Made by a program: the position numbers and the translations under genes | Assembly: GCA_013239625.1 (NCBI GenBank) | Contig: MU054187.1 | Location: forward strand, 7,327,757 to 7,391,756 | Reading direction: 5' to 3' | From: Lama guanicoe | Taxonomy: Eukaryota | DNA: 64,000 bases | In this document: in pieces, positions 55,691 through 64,000 of the stretch | Numbering within the stretch: position 1 is the stretch's first letter | Layout of the letters: each line of letters begins with the position of its first letter | The notes under the pieces: generated by a model | The model's database searches: none | What the model was told of the DNA's origin: nothing | The model's input: only the letters and a program-made list of their open reading frames with translations

Positions 55691-56640
55691 TGTATGTATG
55701 TACACACCAACTCCGTGCAGGGATCATACCAAGCTCTTCATATTGGCAGTCTTTTTGAGAGAAATCATTTAAACATCTTCCAGCAGCACTAATTCATTTT
55801 ACAAATAATTGTAAAGTGCCTGCTGTGCGCTGGACACTGAGCAAGCTCACGAAACTCTGTTTTGGAATCACTAAAGTAAAGCAGCTTATTTCAAAACTTA
55901 AGTGACAGAACCATTCAATCTATTTTCCTTATCTGAAAAAAATGAAAGGATTGGACTACATACTAACTTAGGTATAAACTTTATCCAACTAAAATTGGCT
56001 TTCCCTCCTGTAATATTTTAAATAGCAGCAGCTGTATGGCTAACCTTATCTCCATTAGGAAACGTAAAAATCTTTGTTACGAAGTGCTTCTATATAATAG
56101 AAAAGTAAAATGAACATAAGCACCCGTATCTACACAGAGCGTGGCGTGTAACTCACACGGCGAGAAGCTACTTCCCCAAGCGGTCTCCCATCCCCACACG
56201 CAGGGTCGCAGCGGAGTGACGGCTGAGAAAGGAGCTTCATATGAAGGATGCCATTTCCTTTGCTACAGTTATTATTTCACATCAGATTAAGAATTGGAAA
56301 AATGCCAGTTTGTCTTGTTTCATAGGTAAATGTTACTTCATAAGCCTATGAAAATTATTTACATAGACTGTCTCCTTCTGGGAATAGGAATAAATGACTG
56401 TATGTGAAGTTTTTAGAAGGAACAAGGCAATCAGGCACCCACAGTCTGTTTACTTAATGGTGGCCTTTCGTACACTACCCAGCACTGTTAATAATGAGAA
56501 ACCAACTCCAGAAAGTGTTTACTTAGCCTTGCCCTTGGAGTTAGTTCTGGAGATCAGTTATGCAAATTAACCAAGTTTAAATAAGACTTCAAAACAGTAT
56601 TTGCTCAAGTTTATACTAAAAATAATTGAAATTTTCGTAA

Positions 56641-56691
56641 ATTTTTTTGTGGTAATCATGCTCTCTACCACTGAGCTATACCCTACCCCCC
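56641..56691 (-). mobile_element. Head-only SINE (box A only) with short A-tail
   Basis: Minus strand reads GGGTATAGCTCAGTGGTAGAGAGCATG..CAAAAAAA; TSD aaattttc(g/a)taa at 56629-56640 and 56692-56703. Confidence 0.8.
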
Positions 56692-57027
56692 AAATTTTCA
56701 TAATTTAAATATTTCCAAATGCATTTCTATAAAAACTGATATTCACATACCTTTAAGAAGCTTGTGTAAACCATAGTGGAAAAAAAAACCAAACCATGAA
56801 ATACTGTCTTTAATATATCAGATTGGAATTGATTAAAAAGAAAGATACAAATGATTGCTGACAAACGCATTAGGAAATCAATGTAAATCTGGTGGCAGTG
56901 TAAACTGGAACAACCTTTCCACATTGTTTGGCAGTCCGCATTCAAACGCCCTGAAAAAAGAAAGTACATGCAATGTGATCTAGAGATTTATTCTGAGGAA
57001 ATAATAGGTTAAGAACACAAAGATCTA

Positions 57028-57143
57028 GAGGGGAGGGCATAGCTCAGTGGTAGAGCGTGTGCTTAGTGCGCACAAGGTCCCGAGTTCAATCCCCAGTGCC
57101 TCCATTAAAAACAATCTAATTACCTACCCCCACCCCCCAAAAA
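57028..57143 (+). mobile_element. tRNA-derived SINE (Vic-1-like)
   Basis: A/B boxes present; TSD aagaacacaaag(a/t)tcta at 57011-57027 and 57144-57160. Confidence 0.92.
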
Positions 57144-59606
57144 AAGAACACAAAGTTCTACATATAAGAATGTTCGGGGCAGTGAACGCCAAAATTTCTC
57201 ACTTAATACTTAAAAGCTAAGGCCCAAGGTCTCTGCGTGGGCTCCCGCTAATTGGACACAGCGAGTGGGGGAGGAGGCTATGCTGTGCTGTGCTGTCCGT
57301 GAGAGGCTGGACCACGGCAAGGAGAACGTGCAGACAGCACACCGTGCGGGGACAGGTGCTCAGGCGGGGCACTGGGAGCCGCGGCGACCGGCTGGTTGAG
57401 TCCATAGAGACACGGCGAGGGCAGCCGCCCCGGATCCGAGAGTGTGTGTAACACCTGCCGTGGGCCTCCCTGGGGGCGGAAAGGCTTTTTGGGGGATGGG
57501 GTGATTCAGGTATTAATAGAATAAGACTTAATTTGTATCTAAGAACAGGGTAGATTTGGAGATATGGGAGTTGCATATCTTAGAGTTTTAAGTATTTAAC
57601 TGGCAAACACAGATTTAACATTTTTGGATTCAACTATTTCTCATTCAATAAATGTTTTGAGCACCTACTATGTGCCAGAAATTCTTCTAGACTCTAACGT
57701 CACAAATGTTGAGGATTTGTCATTCTAGTTTTAGAAAGTCTAACTCTTAATTAACAGCGAATTAAATTGCTTCTCATGGTAGATAGACCACATTACCTAG
57801 ACGTGGAATTTTTAAAAAATATTTTAAGCTCATAGAAATAGTAACAATTGAAAAATTCCAGATCCTGCTATTGACCAATATTATTCTTGAAATAAATATA
57901 TGTAAACATAGTGTCATTTATTCAAGTTTTGAGTAACGCTTTTATTTTTCCTGCAGACATTTGTAGTACATGCTATGAACATTAGAAAATAATCCAAAAA
58001 TGCAAATTTATTGTCTCCTAGGTTGATATCTTTTTAAGTGGAAATATTTGTAATCAGAACTGAACAGGAGAGATTTATGAACATTTTATCGCAGCTTCAA
58101 ATTATGATTTTTGTGTATTCTAATATTTACTACATGATGACCAATGTGATAAATGCTTGTGTTTCATTTCAAGATAAACTTTATTTGGCTGTCAAATATG
58201 CTTTAAAACCTGCAATTCAATGTTTATTTACATGCCTTAATTTTGAGGAAATTTAGAGCTACGCTCAATGTCTAGGAAGAAAAAAAATCTGGGTTCTTTT
58301 TTTAACTATATAAATTTATTTACAAGTGACAAACTGACTTATTTTTGCTAAAGCTATCTAATGGCACCCTATTACAACTGACATTTATTGACAAAATTAC
58401 CAGGAAAAAAGAGCATATATCAGAATGACATGATTTTGTGAGGTCTGAAGCCCTGAGCCAGAAAGATCGCTGGGGAACAAATGTGCAGCCAAGAGAGAAA
58501 TTTATTGAGTCTCACTGATAAAGGGCCTCTGGGCCAGAAAAGCTGTGCCCTTTCACTGACTCCTGTAAGTGCCGTACACCACAGCGGGCCTGCCGTTGTC
58601 AGCGTCATCACTTTGGATCACTGTATCTCACTATCTGAAAGCTGAGAACTATTGGTAATGAGAAAATTACCAATCTGGAATTATGAGGATAAATATTTTT
58701 TGAATTTTCCTGTTTTTCTAGTTTTTCATTTTTTTTTTCACTGATAAAACATAGGCTGCCTTTTAAAGTCTATTTCACCGTGGAAGATGATTCTACCACT
58801 GCATTACTGAATTCAGCTTGCTAGTATTGTATATAGGAGTTTGGGAGGATTTACCTTTACAGGTAAACTTGATATACATTGATCTATGTTACATTTTGGG
58901 GTTGATTTGTGGCAGGTTTTGCATTACAGTGATTTTAGCTTAGAAAAATACACTGGACAGTGTTCTACCTTTCAGAGCATTCTCGAAGACCTTATATAGT
59001 GTGATAATTACCTGTTCCTTGAAAGTTTAGAACTTATCACCGGTAATACCATGTGGTCATGGAGTGTTTTAGAATGACAGTTCTGGACATCTTTTACAAT
59101 TTATTCCTTAGTTACTGTCCATTTCTTCTCTTGTCAGTTTTGTTAATTTATGATTTTTCTCCAAAATTCTATTTAATTTATATCTTTAAGTTTATTTATT
59201 TCACAAAACTTATGTGACAATCTCTTTAAAGAAAGAAAATTTCTTAAAATACTGTGTTGGAAATTAGTGGTTCATGAAATAGTCTTGTTACCTCCAGTAT
59301 CCAAGGACTTCATGGTTTTCAGTTTGGATATATGTCTGTTTAATGTTTACAATAGACCATTGCTCATATTATCATTTAGCATATGTCAATTAATTTTCTG
59401 TTGTATTTAATAGATGTCACCTCCTTAATATCACATTGAATCAGACTAGAGTTGCAGTGAGGTGATCTGTTTTTGCTAATTGGTAATGACAGGATGAAGA
59501 AATTGATTGGGGGAAATGAACACCTGGAACTCCAAAACAGGATTTAAAGTCTGAGAACTAGTGTATGAAAGAAAGAAAAATTTCAAAAGCAGCGATTAAT
59601 TCCACT

Positions 59607-59624
59607 GTAGCACCACCTAGTGGA
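59607..59624 (-). promoter_or_regulatory. Candidate CTCF site
   Basis: Minus strand TCCACTAGGTGGTGCTAC closely matches the CTCF core consensus; motif evidence only. Confidence 0.55.
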
Positions 59625-60049
59625 ACTTTAGAAGAAATCAATTGGTTTTTCTATCAGTCTTGGAAACAAGGAACAATGTCAAGTGAACCAGGAATCATTA
59701 AATGTAAGCTCAATATAAACTGCACTTCCTAAAGAGTCTGGGAGACTGATATGCTCCATTTAAAAATAAGAAGCAACTTTATATTTGTAACTAAAAATTC
59801 CTATTTTTTTTCTTGTTTTAAATTAAGACATACTCATGTATTTTGCAAAAATAAGAAAAAGTATACCAGGATAAAAGTCATTCAAAATTCCACCATTCAA
59901 GGATGTCTATCATTTCGAAAAACTTTTCTATGTCTGTGTACATGTGTATATTTTAAAGTGGAGATTATATTTTGGTACTGTTTCCATCTAACACTTCTTT
60001 GGTTACATCAAGCTAGCAAATATTTTCTATATAATTCTGGTCACCAATT

Positions 60050-60945
60050 CTGATGTGTAGGTTTTCCCCCCACATCAGTTCTTGGACATCAGCTGGGTGT
60101 CCTGCAATTCAACTTAATTCTGGCACTGTCTACCCAGAGGTAGCATCAGATCCCACAGGTTAAGGGCTCAGTCCCACAAGAGCATTCTCCACTTAAGATG
60201 CCAGTCACCAAGTCTGGGTCGTGTACCAGTGCTTCTAACTGACTGGCTATGAATAAGAGGTTTCTTTAGCCCTCTCTCAGATTTGATTACTTTGCTAGAG
60301 CAGCTCACAAAACTCAGGAAACTAGTTTACTCACTACATTACCAATTTATTACAAAGGATGTTAAAAGACATTTCTCAACAGCCAGATGAAGGGATATGT
60401 AGGGCGAGATCCCCAACAAAGGGTCTCTGTCCTCGTGGAGTTTGGGGCCAGCTCTGTGGTACCTGGAAGCATTCTGCTTCATCAACCTGGAAGCTCTATG
60501 AACCTCATCCTTTTTTCTGGGTTTTTATGGAGACTTCATTACACAGGCGTCAATTCTGAAATTACTGACATCGATGATTGATGCAACAACCTCCAGCCTC
60601 TCTCCCCTGGCTGGAGATCTAGGGGTGGGAGCGAAAGACTCACAGTCTGCTCATGGTTGCTTCTCTTGGCAACCAGCACACCCACCTCTAGGTGATGTCC
60701 AGATGTCCTCTCACTGACATAAACTCACTTATGGTTCAGAGAGCCTTGTTCTGAGTAACAAGACACCGACTTCACTTTAATGGCTCTGAAGCAATTTCGG
60801 GAACTGAGGACAAGAGACCAAATATGACAAAAGATGCTTCTGTTGCTCTTGTCGCTCAAGGAATTCCCAGAGTTTGGGGAGCTGTGAGCCAAGAACCCTG
60901 GACAAAGACAAAACACATATTTGTTATAAATCACAGTACCACAAC
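60050..60945 (-). mobile_element. MER21-like LTR
   Basis: Minus strand begins TGTGGTACTGTGATTTATAACAAATATGTG..GTCTTTGTCCAGGGTTCTTGGC..CAGCTCC, typical of MER21. Confidence 0.7.
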
Positions 60946-61837
60946 CTATAACATTGTTTCATGGGTGAATTCACTAAAAATACATGCTAATTGAGCATAT
61001 ACTTTGGAACATTAGCAAGAGAAAAGAATTTGAAAAAGTTTGAGTCTGAACAAAACCATGAACTAATTTTTCATCTCAGACTAGTACTAAAATTTACTAA
61101 AGGTCAATTTCTTCTCAATAAAATGGGAATAAAGTTGACTCTATAAGGTTGACAGGAATAATGACACACTGAAAAAAAAAGAAAGCTAGTATACAGAGAT
61201 GATGAAAAAATAACTATCAAAGTTTGTTGACTCAAACTAAATAGAAAATCATTCAGTTGTGCCAGAAATTCATTTTATGGTTATTAGATTCAATAACTGG
61301 CTATCACTGCTAAGCCTTAAAACTACTTTATTACAAACATTAGTAAAATTTGTTCAAAAATTAATATATCAATTCAATGAAAATGTTCAGTTTTTATATA
61401 CATTAGAATATGTCTAAAGTTAAATAAAAATGAGTCAAATATATATAATTTTATGAAGGTTTATATTGTTACTTTTAAGTTTAACTAATGTATATATGGT
61501 GAATATTCATATACTTCCCAATATTCCATTATAAACTCTTGTAATCATTATCTTTATTTATTTTTGAATGCAAGTCAAACTATTTCTTTGGGACAAACTC
61601 CCTAGAAATGAAATTGTAGAAATAATGACAAGTTCAGAGAATACATAATGACTGGCTTCACAGAGCCGTCTGTTCTTTACAGCATCACGCCGCAACGGCA
61701 GACGTTAAGACTCTTCAAAGCAAATTAAACTAAGCAATTCTAGGGTGGCCGATATTAAACTGACAAGAAGGCCACCTCTCTTTTGATCCAGCTGGACCCA
61801 GGGATTGAGCTGAAACATTTGAAAGACTATTTGGAGT

Positions 61838-62230
61838 CTGCCTTAGTTCGGGTTCTCTGGAAACAGCATCTGAGATGGCCATCTGCATGCCGGAGGTTTG
61901 TTAAGGATTGTCCCCGGGAGCAGCACCTGCAGGGGTACCAGAGGAGTAAAGCTGGCAGAACTTGGGCCAGGAGGCAGCTGCTGGAAAGGCCTCAGTCAAT
62001 CCCAGATAGAGCTTCAGAGATGAGGGAAGGAGGCCTGTGCCCCAGCCCCAACCAGTAACTAAGTGGCTGCAAGCTGTCTCCAGGGGGTGGTGTAATGTCG
62101 GGCAGAGCAGCTTCTCTGAGGGCAATTCCTGGAGGGGACGGGGAGCAATCAGCAGCCAGGAGTGTGGGCGGCTGGGGAAGTGGGTGCTTCAGCCCTGCAG
62201 GGGCTCGGGGCAGCCCACGGCAGCATCCAC
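61838..62230. mobile_element. Old ERV-L-type LTR (LTR16/LTR33-like)
   Basis: Terminus cttagttcgggttctctggaaacagcatctgaga resembles this family; assignment from memory. Confidence 0.5.
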
Positions 62231-62555
62231 CGCGGTGCATAAAGTCTCTCGTCCGTCTTCCCAAAACGTTCCTGCTCTCAGCCGAGACACTGATAACGTG
62301 TGACCCAACGATGAGTTTCTATTTCATGCTTGACCATTACCTGAACTACAGATTTTCTGTTTTCATGTAAATATGACTCATGTGCGTTATTAAACAACTC
62401 AGAAGTCTGATGTCCTCTTTAAAAACTGAGAATCCTAACAAAATATTGCTTTTGAATGAAGACCACTACCTCTCCATGGAGACAGATGACCCAGGAAAGT
62501 ACACTGAGGTTCAGGTCCAGATTTTCCTTAGAGTTTTTAAAAAACTATTTGTAAA

Positions 62556-62652
62556 TTTTTATTTATTGTAAAATGGAGGTACTGGGGATTGAACCTGGGA
62601 ACTGGGGGATGCTAACTAAGCACGTGCTCTACCACTGAGCTATAGCCGCCAC
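62556..62652 (-). mobile_element. tRNA-derived SINE (Vic-1-like), diverged
   Basis: Reverse complement shows TATAGCTCAGTGGTAGAGCACGTGCTTAG...GGTTCAATCCCCAGTACCTCC plus an A-rich tail. Confidence 0.88.
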
Positions 62653-62787
62653 TTTAGCATTTCAAAAAATATTTCCTTTCAAAGCACATATAATTGAGAG
62701 CTTTAGATCCTGAAATTCCACTCTATGTAGCATACAGGTTCCGAAATTTCAGTTTGCAAAATAAGGAGGCACTCTAGAATTCTAAGC

Positions 62788-63508
62788 TTTATTCATTTAG
62801 GATAGCAGATAGCCACTAAAGACAGATAAAGAGTCAGCAGTGTAAGAAGGAGACTAGAAAGTTAACTGCACAACTATTAGGAAGTTAAGATGTCACAAAA
62901 TACACCATGAGTCATGAAATGAAGTTTCCTCATCATTGTTTCGCTCTTTGATTTCTCCTATAAATTCCAAATAGGGTTGGAGGAATCCTGCCGTTTCTCC
63001 TGATGTTTTTTCTTTAACAGGATCTATCACTCTCTTCTGCATTCCCAGGGCATCTTCTAGGATTTTCAAACCAAATTCCATTTCATGGATATTAGAGTGT
63101 ACATGACAAACTTTATATTCTGTACTCATGCACCTAAGATTGTGCACCTTTGGTGTTTTTCAGTATTTATCTGATGCTTTCTCAGCTTCTCCAGATATGC
63201 TGGGATTATTATGTTAATGGATCCCTGGCTGGCAGGTTTAAGGGGCTATATATATCACTTTTTCTTCATCTTCAGAAATGAGAAATGTCATTTTAATTTG
63301 TAAAAAGATTGTCTTTTTCAAGATAGTCATCTTCTGACCACACTTGATGTAGTCATCATTAATTCCTCCACTGTCAGCTCTTCTTATGTTTTTGGACCAC
63401 CTGTTAAGTCTCATCAACCTGCTGGGCTCCAGCCAGGGTTCCTGCCCCACTCTCCCTCTCGGGTTCCCACTTCCGTGAGCAGAGCATGTAGTCAGAGCTT
63501 CAAAGTAC
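62788..63508 (-). pseudogene. Possible decayed processed pseudogene of an unidentified parent
   Basis: GC-richer 5' end with CGGAAGTG, protein-like broken frames (ORFs 63238..63525 and 62893..63147), AATAAA at 62788-62793, and flanking 9-mer attctaagc. Confidence 0.4.
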
Positions 63509-64000
63509 ATTCTAAGCACATTCAAGTCTCATTCTATAAGAGAAAAGAACCATTTCTCCCAAAAAGCAACATATCTTTAGAGCTAATGTTTATTCTGTTC
63601 ATCTATATTACAAGCTATTATTAACTTAACTTCACATTCCTTATTTATGTGGTTGAGCATTTTCCACATTATTGGCCATTTAGATGTCTTCTTTGGTCAA
63701 TTGCTGGCCATTGTTTTTGCCCATTTTTTATTGGAAATGTATTTTCCTTTCTGTTGATTTTTTCCCCCCAGGCAGTAAAGGCCTTCTCATTTCACATCCT
63801 GGTTACTCACCCTGGTCCACAACCCACAAAAAGTACATGATCTTTATCCATTAGGAGTATTCATTTATTTCTTCCTCTAATCTATGATTTACTTCTTATT
63901 AAGAAAGTCATAATGGAGTTACCAAAATTACCTCAAATTTAACTTTTGCAACTGGGCTCAACATTCTCCTATCACAAACTGGCATCCTTTTAATATGTTC

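Noticed and set aside
62893..63330. Fleeting resemblance of the right-end relic to phosducin-like or TAF13 peptides
   Set aside because: Only scattered short matches with wrong spacing, so no gene symbol is assigned.

Overview
Mammalian genomic DNA, most likely camelid because the tRNA-derived SINEs resemble the camelid Vic-1 type. It holds two tandem minus-strand genes. GGH (gamma-glutamyl hydrolase) is complete: 9 coding exons at 21968->4567, 957 nt, 318 aa. TTPA (alpha-tocopherol transfer protein) has 5 exons at about 47276->32610. TTPA intron 1 contains a sense-oriented processed RPS2 pseudogene with poly-A and target-site duplication (TSD). The rest is mostly L1, L2, MIR, SINE and LTR relics. 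The main anomaly is TTPA: every splice site and exons 2-5 are intact, but exon 1 has no ATG at the orthologous position and about the first 22 codons are unrecognisable. The only in-frame upstream ATG (47594) lies in a microsatellite, and the ancestral stop appears to be read through (TGA>GGA, +4 aa). This may be real biology or an assembly error in very GC-rich sequence. Other points of interest: a solo LTR with four CCAAT boxes, an octamer and a TATA box about 1 kb upstream of TTPA; an internally primed L1; a 5'-inverted L1 with a foreign tail; a head-only SINE with TSD; and an unidentified mRNA-like relic at the right end. Comparisons with human sequences are from memory, not database searches, and old-repeat boundaries are approximate.
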